This document shows, piece by piece, positions 9,229-20,793 of a DNA stretch of 64,000 nucleotides; within the stretch, counting starts at the first letter, position 1; every line of letters begins with the position of its first letter. Source of the DNA: Trypanosoma brucei (taxonomy: Eukaryota). Under the pieces are notes generated by a model, which saw only the letters and a program-made list of their open reading frames with translations, had not been told where the DNA came from and did not search any database. The position numbers were made by a program, and so were the translations under genes. The stretch lies in assembly GCA_000002445.1 (NCBI GenBank), contig CP000070.1:832001-896000 (forward strand), written 5' to 3'.

Positions 9229-11652
9229 TCAACTCTCAACAAGAAAAACCATTTTTGCCTCAGGGGTATCTTGAATGCGAAAGTGTGCACGGTTCGCCTC
9301 AACCAATTTCAGCACTCCACCATAGTGTCGATTAGCCGCTTGCTGAACGCTAAGCGAAGCCCAGAGGAGCAGCTGCGAGGCCTCAACTCCTCGCGCCGGT
9401 ATCAAACTTCGCACCGCTTGCACGGCTTCCTCACGAGATAAAAAGTCGTTCTCTGCGAATTCCGCCTCCAAGTCGAGCGACTCACCAGAACATTCAGCTG
9501 AGACGTTAGCCTGGGAAGAGAGAGTAGAAATGGAAGGCGACCGCGCATCTCCAGACGTTCTCGGTGTAATGGGTGCCTCACCAAAAATATTGCCAGATCG
9601 CCCCCCACTAACTTTCTTCACTTTCCGCATTAAGAAAACTCCGGGCGACGTCTCTTTGCAAACGAAAAGATCAGGAAACAACTGCAAGACAGTGACGATA
9701 CGCGGTGGCAACACAGCCCGCATCGCAGGACTTGCGCACTGAAGGAAGAAGGCAGCTGTGCATGGTTCGTCATCGGGGGCCACATAGTGAAACACAACAG
9801 CCAAATCGCGCGGCGTTTGGTACGGATTCTCCTCACGGATGATGACACGTGTCGCCATATCGCCCGGTGCGGGTTCGGGCTCCTGTGAAGAAAGTGGGTC
9901 GGAGAGGTCTACGCGAGCAATGAAGTTCTCCCCAACACGAAATATGCGGGGATGACGATTCAGAATGTGCATCATCCCCTCAAAACCACCAACCATCACT
10001 TTCTCTTCTTCCGTAAGGCGAACATAGACATAGTGAGACCGATCCCACGTCGTGCATACGCGTCCCATGAGAATTATAAGACCTCGAACGTCTTCCGGAA
10101 ATTGCTCGAAGTCTTCAATGAAATGACCCTTCCAGCGGTCGCTGTTCGCCCCAATGCGCCTTCTCACAAGAGGCGTGTCCGTGTACCTTAGTTGAACTAC
10201 TTCGAATTGGGCAGGGTGATTCTTAACGCAGCCAATCAATTCGTTATGAGTTAAGTTTTTCTTTGTGTAGCGCTGCATCAGTAGGGACGAAGGAACAAAG
10301 TATCCGGGACAAACGCGCGAAACAAACTTCAGGATCGTCGCAAGCTGCTGAGACTCACCAGCCATGTTCGTAACTTCACCTTCCGCATTGAGAGGAATCA
10401 AACTATTGGCTTCCCCCTTTGCAATCTTGAGCTGTAACTGTTCGTGGGCTTCTTCGGGCGTTAGCCCATGCGCCTCAGGGTGCAACACTATGCTACGCCG
10501 GATCTCCGTCGTTCCTGCGATGCTACGGAGTTCAAAGTAGAAAGGCTGACGACGAAACCACTGCAACGTGGAGGAAATACGAATATGCTTCTTTTTTACC
10601 GCCGGTGGTAAGTTAAGGTTTCCAAAGTTTCCCCAGTTAACAGGAACGTACTTCAGGATTTCATACACATCTTCACGCGTGGGCACATTAGATGCAGCGG
10701 CCCAACCTCCATAGGCGTTCATGGAATTTGCGCCACGTGTTTGCGGCTGCGGTGACACGAAACGTGGAGGCTTTGACTCCCCAGCAAGTCGAGTGCAAAT
10801 GTACCTGTCGTGCAACACCCAGAATTCTCCCGCTGCGCGCGGCGTGCGGAGCAAACTAAGAAAGTCTCCGTACTTAACCGTATGGACAGTACCGCTGAGT
10901 TCACAAACTCGAGAGCCCTCCCGCAAGAGAAGGGAATAGGCTTCGCTGAGGGGTTTGTAATTAGGCTCATCCCTCTCACGCCGCCCAAGCACATCGTCGC
11001 GTAGGACGTCCAGGAGCTTTTCGGCGGCGCCCACCAGTCCCCTGTGCGTTCCTTCCGACGCATGCGACCCGATACGTTCGCCCGCTTCATTAACCGTCTC
11101 AGATTCGTCCTTATCGACATCAGCAAGGTAACTCTTCGGTTCGGCGGTAAGTTCCACATGACGAAGTCCATGAGCGTCCTCCACGAGCCGAAGGAGGAGG
11201 CATTTCTGCAACCATTCCTCGACACCCATTCCGCTGCCGAAGATATTGTCACGGCTTACTTTTGGCAGCTGCTCAACAAACACCTTAAGTCCTACACGAC
11301 CACTGGCATGCTGACGTGCAACTACCATTGCTGCAGCACGCTCCGCCACGGGGCGAGTATTAAAAATTGCAGTGAACTCATCTGGTGGAATTGCTTTAAA
11401 CCCGGGTTCTGAAAACGACAAAGCAAAGGGTTCATCACACCCTTCTGGTGAATCGGGTCCTGAGGATCGGAACCGCAGAGAAGCGAAGGGGCTGGCAGCG
11501 GGAATGTCACCGCGGGGTTTCCTCTTTCTTTCGTGAATAAGTTGGTGGTAGTGGACACGATTCTGGAGAATAAACTGCTGCCCTAGCAGCGAGCTGCCCC
11601 AAGGCAACGGTGTTGTGGAGAAAAGGAACTGAATTCGAAGGCGACGATGCAT
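9229..11652 (-). CDS. Conserved hypothetical protein (807 aa)
   Basis: The long ORF starts at TTG in the track. The first ATG is the next codon (11650-11652), checked as 'MHRRLRIQFLF'. No motif recognised. Confidence 0.65.
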   Translation of the reverse strand: MHRRLRIQFLFSTTPLPWGSSLLGQQFILQNRVHYHQLIHERKRKPRGDIPAASPFASLRFRSSGPDSPEGCDEPFALSFSEPGFKAIPPDEFTAIFNTRPVAERAAAMVVARQHASGRVGLKVFVEQLPKVSRDNIFGSGMGVEEWLQKCLLLRLVEDAHGLRHVELTAEPKSYLADVDKDESETVNEAGERIGSHASEGTHRGLVGAAEKLLDVLRDDVLGRRERDEPNYKPLSEAYSLLLREGSRVCELSGTVHTVKYGDFLSLLRTPRAAGEFWVLHDRYICTRLAGESKPPRFVSPQPQTRGANSMNAYGGWAAASNVPTREDVYEILKYVPVNWGNFGNLNLPPAVKKKHIRISSTLQWFRRQPFYFELRSIAGTTEIRRSIVLHPEAHGLTPEEAHEQLQLKIAKGEANSLIPLNAEGEVTNMAGESQQLATILKFVSRVCPGYFVPSSLLMQRYTKKNLTHNELIGCVKNHPAQFEVVQLRYTDTPLVRRRIGANSDRWKGHFIEDFEQFPEDVRGLIILMGRVCTTWDRSHYVYVRLTEEEKVMVGGFEGMMHILNRHPRIFRVGENFIARVDLSDPLSSQEPEPAPGDMATRVIIREENPYQTPRDLAVVFHYVAPDDEPCTAAFFLQCASPAMRAVLPPRIVTVLQLFPDLFVCKETSPGVFLMRKVKKVSGGRSGNIFGEAPITPRTSGDARSPSISTLSSQANVSAECSGESLDLEAEFAENDFLSREEAVQAVRSLIPARGVEASQLLLWASLSVQQAANRHYGGVLKLVEANRAHFRIQDTPEAKMVFLVES

Positions 11653-12382
11653 CAATGCACCGTGGTCGGATCCTCGCTATAGTTGCCGTACTCCAGAAGC
11701 AAGAGATTAAAGGATGGAGAAAAAGCCCTCTAAACTCCCTTTTAGTAATTACACATTCCACTAGGAACCAGTAGTTGTGACGTTTCAGAGAGTTGTTGTG
11801 AAGATCTCCTAATCACACTTGATCATGTTACCACAGTTAAACACTAGATACTAACGTAACGGAAAGCGAGAACTGGCAAAATAAAATGGAGAACGCTGAA
11901 CGAGAGGGACAGCCCCTGCTACAGACACGACCCTTACCCTCCTCAGCGCTCGGACCTACCGCAACCTCAGTTTCTCACCAAACATACACACACAGACACA
12001 CACAGCGGTGATCGATCCTGCAGTGGCCAGTGAGCATAATCGGACAACGCACGGGTACCGCTCTTGTGAAGGGTCGCGTCACATACGAAGCTCCCCATCT
12101 CCTCCTTGCTTATGGCCCCTTCGGCCACTACAATGGCGCCGGTGCGCGACCCTCTCCGTGAGCCTGTTTGCAGCAAAGATGTCGACAGCGAGCACAACAG
12201 TTCGTACAACACCGCACCCGCGGGGGGGGGGGAACGATAATGACAACAATCTCCACATGCATTCTCTTCATCGGTGGAATTCACAGCGAATCAATTCCTG
12301 CGATGTTAATAACGAATACACCCAAAAGTACTGCGTAATCAGTGCTGTTTTTGGCATACGGAACTGATGTTTACTTCAACCC

Positions 12383-14746
12383 TCATATGGTGGTCTTCAC
12401 TTCGGATTCTTCAGTGGGTTTATCTTCCCCACCCGTGCTTTCTGCCAACAGTGCCTCGGCTGCTGCTGTGTCACGCATTATTTTTTCCCGTAGCTCAGCC
12501 TTTTGGTACTCCTCAGCCACATCACGTGGCTCCTCGTAAGTCTCATACTGCTGGAGAATGTCCCCTGTGCGGAATTGGAATTCATCCTGCATAATTACAC
12601 CGCATTCCAACCCAAGCTCGACGGAAGGGACGAGCTCCTTAAAGCGACGTAGCTCCTTAATTTGCCCCTCATACACCACAACGCGGTGGCCAAGCATATC
12701 TTCATCACCAACACCCTCATTATCACTAACGCCGTCAGTTTCTGCAGTGCCCTTGACAAGGGGCGCCTTCCGACACACACGAAAAGTGAGGTGAGCTGCG
12801 ATAATCGTTCCTTTTGTAACCCGCATACCACCAGCATTCCCGCTCTTGCCGGCTTGCGACGCGCGGAACACCTGTAGACACTCTGCCTCTGCTGTGACAC
12901 GAATTTTCGTTATCTTTGGCAGCGCTCCCACCAATGTCTCCTTTAAGGCCTCAAGTCCATGATACAGAACATTGAACCGAATCACCGTCACGTGACTGGG
13001 AACATCCAGCGTGTTGGTATCCTTACAACCACCGTACAACAAAATGCAACCAGGCTGCCCGGAACTACCAATGAGAGCAACATCATAATCCCGCAACCCA
13101 CCAACCTCAGTCACTTTTATCTCTGTGGAAATGCCTTCCAATCTAGGAATCTCATAGATGGATTTCATCAGCGCCTGCAGCATGCCGAAAGTGGCGGCCT
13201 TACACGAGAGCACAAAGGCTTGCGTGCTGTACGTACGCACAAGGTTATTATCAGGTTTACGTGCATATAACATGCCGTGCTGTTCCTGATTTAGTAACTG
13301 CAGGTAGTCTTCCCGCCGCCCTTCCGCCTGGTAAACCTCCTTCATAAAGTGATAAAACTTTTGGGCATGAGACTCGCTGCTCACCTGCAAAAGGACCGAT
13401 CCCGGCTTGGGGTGGACACGAAAACCATGCAACACTACAGGCTGCGACGGGCCGGCCTCCTGTATAATCTGGCCGTGCTCATCTAAAACCTTTCGGACCA
13501 CAGCGTACGTCATACCAGCTACAAGCACCTGACCGGCACGCACCTTACCACAACGTACAATACCCGCTACCTCAGTTGTCGTGTTAACGCCATTTGTTTC
13601 GATCACAGTTACTTCACACCTTGACGGCTCGGGCGTACTTATCTCGCAAAGTTCGGCTTGCAACGCGATGGCCTCAAGGAGCTCAGGAACACCCCGACCA
13701 TCCCGAGCGCACACCGGAACAAACTGCGTGTCGCCGCCATCCTCCTCAAGTTCCACATTGCAATCACGCAGCTGCTGCTTCACATTCTCCACCCTTGGTT
13801 GGCGGTCAATTTTGGTGCAGGCGACAACAAAAGGTATGCCTGACTTGTGTGCAAGCTCAATCACTTCTTTTGTTTGTGGTTGAACCCCATCTACAGCGGA
13901 CACGACGAGGACGATAAGGTCGTTGGCTGTGGCGCCCACCTCACGCATGGTAGTGAACGCCGCGTGGCCCGGTGTATCGATGAATGTCACGAGAGTGTCA
14001 CCAAGGGTTTTCACCTGAAACGCCCCAACATTTTGTGTGATGCCACCAGCCTCCTGGGAGGCCACATTTGTTTTTCGAAGGTAATCCAACAAGGTGGTCT
14101 TGCCGTGGTCCACATGACCCATTATGGAGACAACAGGGGGGCGTGGTACATACCGAACCTTAGCCGCTGTATACTTGATATCGTACTCACGAATGAGTCC
14201 CGCTCGGTGCAGATTGTTTGCCGTGCTTAGTGGGTCGCGGAGGTTTGTGGCTGTGGTGAAGTATTCCCTGAGTGGGTGATCCTCAAGTGCCTTCGCCGGG
14301 TCAGGACCTGGTTTTGGTCGCGCCTTTTGTTGTGGTGTCTTTTGCATTTTGCTGCGGCGTCTCATGAACTTGGCACATCGGGGGTCATCACTCCCCACCC
14401 ACAACGGCCCGGAGCGTGTGGGAATATATACAGCATCCTTCGCAAACTCATGCCAGTCGTATACTTCCCCAAGGCCCATCTCACGCCGGTCATTCTGAAT
14501 AGTCGCCTTCACGTAGTGTGCGACTGTATCCGGGTTGAATCGCCGCATGTTACCAGAGGAAGAATACCGCGGATCCACCACACCCTCCTGCCACTGCAGC
14601 CCGGGTTGGCCGCGGGAGCTCTGCGATTGCCAGCGCCGTGACGTCCAAACGGAAAATCCTGAGGGAAGGTTGGTGAAATGATGTAAGTTTGCGACACTAC
14701 CAAGTGCGGCAACGCGCCGCACACAATGGCAAAGTCCCGACTGCAT
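12383..14746 (-). CDS. Translation initiation factor IF-2, organellar (mitochondrial) type GTPase
   Basis: G-domain motifs '[19 protein letters not shown]', 'DTPGHAAF', 'ACTKIDR' and C-terminal IF-2 beta-barrel regions. The track ORF (to 14998) begins at GTG. The first in-frame ATG is codon 85 (~14746, 'MQSGLCHCV...'), so the true start is uncertain. Confidence 0.8.
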   Translation of the reverse strand: MQSGLCHCVRRVAALGSVANLHHFTNLPSGFSVWTSRRWQSQSSRGQPGLQWQEGVVDPRYSSSGNMRRFNPDTVAHYVKATIQNDRREMGLGEVYDWHEFAKDAVYIPTRSGPLWVGSDDPRCAKFMRRRSKMQKTPQQKARPKPGPDPAKALEDHPLREYFTTATNLRDPLSTANNLHRAGLIREYDIKYTAAKVRYVPRPPVVSIMGHVDHGKTTLLDYLRKTNVASQEAGGITQNVGAFQVKTLGDTLVTFIDTPGHAAFTTMREVGATANDLIVLVVSAVDGVQPQTKEVIELAHKSGIPFVVACTKIDRQPRVENVKQQLRDCNVELEEDGGDTQFVPVCARDGRGVPELLEAIALQAELCEISTPEPSRCEVTVIETNGVNTTTEVAGIVRCGKVRAGQVLVAGMTYAVVRKVLDEHGQIIQEAGPSQPVVLHGFRVHPKPGSVLLQVSSESHAQKFYHFMKEVYQAEGRREDYLQLLNQEQHGMLYARKPDNNLVRTYSTQAFVLSCKAATFGMLQALMKSIYEIPRLEGISTEIKVTEVGGLRDYDVALIGSSGQPGCILLYGGCKDTNTLDVPSHVTVIRFNVLYHGLEALKETLVGALPKITKIRVTAEAECLQVFRASQAGKSGNAGGMRVTKGTIIAAHLTFRVCRKAPLVKGTAETDGVSDNEGVGDEDMLGHRVVVYEGQIKELRRFKELVPSVELGLECGVIMQDEFQFRTGDILQQYETYEEPRDVAEEYQKAELREKIMRDTAAAEALLAESTGGEDKPTEESEVKTTI

Positions 14747-15492
14747 GGAAAGGGGACTGGGATTGTCTGCGCACGTAAAAGATTCCCTCTTTGTACAGTG
14801 GTGCCTTGCGACGGGGGGGGGAGGGGAAGAAAACCGAAAGGTGCAAACAAAGGTGCGGCAGTACAACGACAATATGGAGAGATTAGACAGGATGAAGGAA
14901 GGCACTGGAGGAACACGGGAAATGAGCACCGAAGTAACACCACTACGTTGTGCCCATTGGGTACTGGACAATTTCCTTCCCACCAGCAGCGCTGCCACGG
15001 TTTTGACCGAGTCAAACTAACTTTCCGGTATTCTCCTTCAGTAATCAAACCAAGAACTTTCATTTGCACACAAAAGACAAGCATCTGAATCGTTAGGCAG
15101 TATTTGCAGAATTCCAACGATGTGCACGCGCAGTGCTTGTTAACATGGGTTTGGCGTGTTAGAAAGACGCCGATCCATACCTTGTCAGGCAAAATCAACC
15201 ACAGGATGATGATTATTTCCTTTTTAGAGTGGTAGCTCGCAAGGACTAGCACCCACAACCCATGCTTTGGGTGATGCTGGGCTCACTACAATCAGAAAAG
15301 GTACAGAAGACAAGGGAAGGTAGGGGCAAAGAAAACGACAGACTTGGGAGTAACCCCAGTCGTGTGGGCCACGGTGTACAAGTTTCACCAATACAAAGCA
15401 CAGGAGGGAGGCCCATTACGCGCGCCAAATTAACCGTCACAACGACGGCGTCATTAGACACAGCAGTGACCTTCAACCCACACACCGTGTCG

Positions 15493-16614
15493 TCAACACC
15501 CATCTCCACCGCAGCACGTCTCCGTGAGGAAGGGCAACCTCCACACCCGCATCTCTCCGCCGTCTGTCCCCGTGGCCAACACGTCTCGTGCTGCGGATAC
15601 AGCCGACGCCATAACAAGTCCCTCATGAAGCTTCACTTGCCTTACCGGGTTAGAGGTGCGCAACGACCACTCAATTACCGTTGAGTCATCCGAAACCGTC
15701 AGCAGGGTATCGTCGCCAACAAATTCCAGCCCTCGCACGTAATCTTGGTGACCAGTTAAGGTCCGCGCCCCTTCCCCCAATGCCCCGCTTACGGGGTCCA
15801 AATCGACGGCAAAAATGAACTCAGAACACGCGGCGTAGAGCCAACAGCCGGAGTGTCCACCCTGTCCCTCATCCTGCACAAATTGGGTAACACGGGGGCT
15901 GTTTATGACGGCAATGTGGTTGACGGGGTTTTCGAACTCGTCGAATGAGGTCACTAGACGTTCGTCCTGCGTCCGCTGCCCGCCAAATATTGGCCCGATG
16001 TCCCACAACCGTATGGCGCAATCTTCCGAGGCTGTGAGAAGCAAATTTGGGTTCGGGGAGAGCACCAAATCGTTCACTGTACTCGTGGAAGCCATGAAGC
16101 GATCCACCAGATTCCCTGTAGAGGAAAAAGTGTCTCCCGCTCCCTCCACGGGCATACCCGACTGGCGTCGCGTGTCACCACACAAGGCAACATCGTGGAT
16201 GTAAACGGCGCCGTCATCACATGCACTGACTATGAGACAGCAGGCGCCGCCATTCACGCAGGCATTTCCGCTCCGCCTGGAAACTGGGAGCCGCAGCATT
16301 TTGTTAATTCCATCCCCAAAACCACGAATTACCGCGACCGGTTGGCTGATCTCCCGCACATCCCAGTACGCTATGGTACGGTCGTCAGATGCGGTAAGCA
16401 AACACGGCTCACTTTCTTCTATAAACAATGCGTGATTGACCGGCTCGCGGTGGTGCGTTAGTCGTGCGATATTACAACTATCCGAGGGGTTACGCAGATC
16501 CCAGAGCGCAGCTGTGTCGTCACCTGACGTAGAGCACAAGACACTGGCGTGGTGAGGAGAGAACTGAAGTGATGTAATCACTTCGGTATGTGCTTCGGGG
16601 ACAGAGAGCAGCAT
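15493..16614 (-). CDS. WD40-repeat protein (~373 aa)
   Basis: Repeated 'WD' blades ('SGDDTAALWDLRN', 'ASDDRTIAYWDVRE', 'ASEDCAIRLWDI', 'VSDDSTVIEWSL'). The track start at 16659 is GTG; the first ATG is codon 16 ('MLLSVPEAH'). Confidence 0.75.
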   Translation of the reverse strand: MLLSVPEAHTEVITSLQFSPHHASVLCSTSGDDTAALWDLRNPSDSCNIARLTHHREPVNHALFIEESEPCLLTASDDRTIAYWDVREISQPVAVIRGFGDGINKMLRLPVSRRSGNACVNGGACCLIVSACDDGAVYIHDVALCGDTRRQSGMPVEGAGDTFSSTGNLVDRFMASTSTVNDLVLSPNPNLLLTASEDCAIRLWDIGPIFGGQRTQDERLVTSFDEFENPVNHIAVINSPRVTQFVQDEGQGGHSGCWLYAACSEFIFAVDLDPVSGALGEGARTLTGHQDYVRGLEFVGDDTLLTVSDDSTVIEWSLRTSNPVRQVKLHEGLVMASAVSAARDVLATGTDGGEMRVWRLPFLTETCCGGDGC

Positions 16615-18270
16615 TCTGCGTGTCCGTTTGCGGTAAGTTAGCAGAACGCCGTTAGGCACAGACTAAGGAGAAAGACAGCACGCTAAATGGGTTTAACGGC
16701 GACTACCCTATCGTCTCGGTGAATCTGTCCCTATCCTTTTTATTCCCCCGTTACAATATATTTGTTTATATGTCTATGTTATATTCCCTTGTCCAGCCCA
16801 GTTTCCTTTTGAGCGCAGCAAGTGTTGTGTCTAGGGGTGCAGTCAGTCTGTTAGCAGGTGAGTAAGAGCTGACAAGGAAGCATGGGGCTGCACTCCCAGT
16901 GCAAGGAAAAAAAAACAAACACATTTCATAAGGAACAAAGCACCACAACCGCCACAAGCTTCGTGAACTGGGTTGGGCGTTAGGGAACCCGAAAGCAAAG
17001 GACCCACAACCCAAGCAATGGCCCTCCCATCAATCAATGTACTCCCTTCCCTCATTTTTTACATTCCACACTAAAGTATGTGGGAAAAAGTGCTTGTAAG
17101 GTCACTGAAGTTGATCTCCACTTGGCTCTGTAGAATGGAAACGGATACCTCCACCTCGGATCGCAAAGTTATTTTCATTCCTTTCCTGCCACACACGGTG
17201 CAACGAGTATCATGTAATCAAACGAAGCATATTAGGGATGGTAACACGAACGAGTTTTCATACTGCTTAAGCGTTCGCATTTACAATATACCTCGAACGA
17301 ACAAATACCCCTCAAGTTGGAATACATAACCCTGCACTCTGTTTTGTCCAATCGGTGGTGCCACTCACGGAAGTGCACACGCACCCACTTACCTCATTCT
17401 TTCTTTCGTATTTGTGCCTGTCCTGCTCACAACCCTTCCCTCCTTCCCCATCGGCACGTGAAACAAAAGTCTGATACTCTTTTTCATTCTGTAACGCAAA
17501 CCATTGTTCTAGGCACGTACCGGCCGACAAAAAAAAAGGAAAATAATTTGCACAAGTGAAAGAGACGCTAAACAAAAGGGAAAAAAATTAAGAAAATCGA
17601 AAGATGAGGCGGGGAAAGAAACAAAATCAAATGGTGGAAACAAGGATCATTACATATGTATTACAAGGAAACCTTACGGGAAATAATGAAGAAGAAGCTG
17701 TCATGAGAGGAAAATGGAGTAGTAAATAGCACAAAGCTCCTGATGGATCTTTAACGAAGGCTTTCGCATTTATATCCGCTCCTTCAGCAATGTATAAGAT
17801 TAGCATAGTTAAAATAATAAGAAACATCCCCCTCCCTTAAAAAGGAAAAAAATAAAAATAAACAAACACAAACAAGTTTAGGACGCGATGTAATCTGTAA
17901 TTTTCTGTGCGCTGAAAAATAAGCCAAATATGGACGATGCTAATGTTGAGATACTATCATGTAAACATAAAAAGTGACTAAACCAAGTGATTGAATAACA
18001 CATTCAGCCGCGGCGTAGAACCATAGTAGTCACGGGATTCACCGTTAGACACTCTTTAACAATATGACTGCGCGTTCACAAGCGGTGGCACTGTCAGGAA
18101 AGAACCCGCCAAATAAAATATTTCCTGCGTACCATAACCAAATAGAACTACTCTCTCAGCAACTCTCAAGAAAGGAGCAATGATTCTGTTGATGTAACCT
18201 GAGGAGATCGGACGGTGTCACGACCCACACCACCTAGTACTCGGTGTGGGCATGCAGTAACAAATGCATC

Positions 18271-20793
18271 TCAAATTTCAGCGTCTTCGAGCATTAGCAG
18301 AAAAAGACCCCGAAGTTCCTCCCCGCAAGCGCGCGCTTTCGTAAGACACAGGGAAAGATTGTTCAGCTGCCGGACAACCTGCCGCCAACGGTTCTTGCGC
18401 GAATGTGCGCATGTGGTTGCTGTAACAATGGCAGCTGCAGACGCGAGCGGTGGTGATGCAGACCCTCCGCGCCTCTTTGTACGGTAGAGGTGGTGACGAT
18501 GTAGTTTAGAAGCAACCGAAGATGTCCCAGGGGTGGGTGGCCGCATATGCACTCCTCCACGCTTCATTTTAGTTTTCAGCCTCTTTTGCCCTTTCACACC
18601 CTTAGGTGATACGAACTTCCCACGTTCGCGGAATAAACCGGATGTCTCGTCAGTTTCAGTACATGCAGTGGATGGAGACGCGTTCCCTAGAGTCGCACCA
18701 ACGTCGGTGCGGATGTTGTCGGTAGGCGGTAGCAGCGAAGCATCCACGTGGTACTCACTCAACGGAGAGAGCGTGCAAAACGAATATTGTCCTGAAGGCA
18801 GGCGACCTGCCTTCTGCGTCGCGTACGCTGAATCTGTACATCCATTCAACAGAGATTCCCCGGGAAGTTGCGGCTGGTTGTCGTGTGGATCATTAGAAAC
18901 ATCTGTGTTCTGCACGTCTTGCGCCAACGGGCTTGGTTCACGATGAGCTTCGCGTGATAGGTAAAATGCCCGCGGGTTGATGAGCGGGGTCTCGTATTCG
19001 GATGCAGCGGAACCTGTAGTAGCCTGGTATGGGACCGGGGATTTGATAGGATCGAAAGAAGGGTTACGGCTTGCAGTACGTGCCGGTGCCTTCGGTGATA
19101 TTATATGTTTTTCTTGAGTCGTAAGCGCCGTTGCTTTCGGCGGTGGAGTTGCGACTTTCGTCGCTTCTGCGGTTGAGATGGCCTTTGTACGTCCCTTTGC
19201 TGTAGGACGGCGCGACGGTTGCTGCCGCGTTCCCGCGCGTTTTGCCGTAGGGCGGCGGCGCCCAGGCAAAACCGCATGCAAGTCTGCCAGTAACTTGTGG
19301 GTGTCCGACGTTACGGGAAGATGATCAGCAGCGCTGGGAGCTGTAATAACGTCGGCGAAGTTGTATGCTGCGGCTGCCTCAGTGGCACTATTGTTATCGG
19401 CGTTCCCACTACTTTTACTAACCTCGAGAAGGGCAGAAGCAGGTGTGCCTTTAAATGGTACCGTATTGTTCGTGGGACACTCCTTTCCCCTCGGCGGCCG
19501 CTCTGCAGCTGGTGGAGGTACCGAAACCGTCGCTTCTTGTAGGGAGAGTGGGACGACAAGCTGGCCACGGCGGGTCTGAGGTGCCGGTCGCCCCCGCACT
19601 CGCTTGCCTCGTTTTAGTGGAGTTTGCGGGTCTTCATCTAATGCTGTTGGGTCATCCTTTACGCATTTCTCTGTATTGAACAGATGGCCCTCGGTGGATG
19701 ATCGCCCCTTCTTGGACCGGGATTTACGGACAAGGATAGCCATATCGGAAGCTGCCGCCTCGCTTTCCCCACATACAGAAGCAGCACCCGGAATCGCCTC
19801 TGTCTCCTCCTTTTCCTTATCCCCCCCACCTCCCAGTCGAGACGGCTCACAAGCAAGCAGTTGGCTGCGCTGTACAGTAGATGCACGGGAGAATTTTGCC
19901 CCCGAAGCGTCAGACGAAAGATCCACACTCTCCAAGCGGCACAAAAGTTTTTCGTTAACCTCCACTGTCGCTCCTTTTCTTTCCGAGAGAGCGGAAGTTG
20001 TGGTGCTCAGCCCCCGGTCACTCCTTGCATGTCTCATGGGTTCGCGCTGTGTAGATCCAGTTTCTGCACTACACGACGCCCTCTGTGACAGGGACGCAGA
20101 AGCCGAAGATGGCCTTCCCGGTTTTGGGGCGCTGAGAAGAGAGACTGAAGGACAATGCGAATTATCTTTATCGCTAGCCGCTGCCCCATCCCGCAACACC
20201 GAGTTTGGACGATTACAATCTTCATCCTTGGAGTTGTCACAGCTTCCTTCTCCGTCACTCCCACAGTCAACACCGCGTGAAGAGGATTCTGTAGCGCTGA
20301 CAACTTCAGTACCGTCGGGGTTCTGTGGACAGTAACTCAGTGGGAGCACCTCTGTGATACTAACACGCGAGAGCGACCGTGTCCGCCTGCTCGCTGCTAC
20401 CACGGGGGCGATGCATTGTAGGAAGTGTGCCATGTCGTCCACGCTCAATTGCTGAACGAGAGCGCATGTCCCCTCGTACCTACCGCCATCCGCGACAGCA
20501 TGACCGTCGTCACCAGCACCGAGCTCCAGAGCAAATCCGTTGGATTCTGCCCACTTTTGTACAGTGACTCGTGGAAGCTCTATGCGCATCAACTGTTGCT
20601 CCCGCACGACACGGAAGTGAATAAGGTCATCGTAGTGAATGCGCAATGGTGTAGTGGTTTCGCCTTCAACATCCATGGCAATGAGCTCGGCACAGTGTGC
20701 GCCAAAACTGAGCTCACCACCAGCAAACTGCGCCGCAGACACGATGCATCGGAGCAACGAATAGCTTGTTAGCGACTGTGATACGCATTCCAT
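18271..20793 (-). CDS. Hypothetical protein (~840 aa): structured N-terminal region plus a long Ser/Pro/Ala/Thr-rich low-complexity region
   Basis: Long minus-strand ORF in line with neighbours. The track start is GTG; the first ATG is codon 18 ('MECVSQSL'). Internal ~450 aa dominated by S/P/T/A/R. Confidence 0.6.
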   Translation of the reverse strand: MECVSQSLTSYSLLRCIVSAAQFAGGELSFGAHCAELIAMDVEGETTTPLRIHYDDLIHFRVVREQQLMRIELPRVTVQKWAESNGFALELGAGDDGHAVADGGRYEGTCALVQQLSVDDMAHFLQCIAPVVAASRRTRSLSRVSITEVLPLSYCPQNPDGTEVVSATESSSRGVDCGSDGEGSCDNSKDEDCNRPNSVLRDGAAASDKDNSHCPSVSLLSAPKPGRPSSASASLSQRASCSAETGSTQREPMRHARSDRGLSTTTSALSERKGATVEVNEKLLCRLESVDLSSDASGAKFSRASTVQRSQLLACEPSRLGGGGDKEKEETEAIPGAASVCGESEAAASDMAILVRKSRSKKGRSSTEGHLFNTEKCVKDDPTALDEDPQTPLKRGKRVRGRPAPQTRRGQLVVPLSLQEATVSVPPPAAERPPRGKECPTNNTVPFKGTPASALLEVSKSSGNADNNSATEAAAAYNFADVITAPSAADHLPVTSDTHKLLADLHAVLPGRRRPTAKRAGTRQQPSRRPTAKGRTKAISTAEATKVATPPPKATALTTQEKHIISPKAPARTASRNPSFDPIKSPVPYQATTGSAASEYETPLINPRAFYLSREAHREPSPLAQDVQNTDVSNDPHDNQPQLPGESLLNGCTDSAYATQKAGRLPSGQYSFCTLSPLSEYHVDASLLPPTDNIRTDVGATLGNASPSTACTETDETSGLFRERGKFVSPKGVKGQKRLKTKMKRGGVHMRPPTPGTSSVASKLHRHHLYRTKRRGGSASPPLASAAAIVTATTCAHSRKNRWRQVVRQLNNLSLCLTKARACGEELRGLFLLMLEDAEI

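Noticed and set aside
14701-14770. Apparent one-base frame inconsistency in the IF-2 5' region when translating by eye
   Set aside because: The provided ORF track shows a continuous 871-codon frame, and the coordinates are internally consistent. This is most likely my mis-reading of a G-run, so it is not reported as a frameshift or pseudogene.
14509-15258. 249-aa minus-strand ORF overlapping the 5' end of IF-2
   Set aside because: Out of frame with and overlapping the IF-2 leader. Cys-rich and non-conserved-looking. Most likely an intergenic chance ORF.
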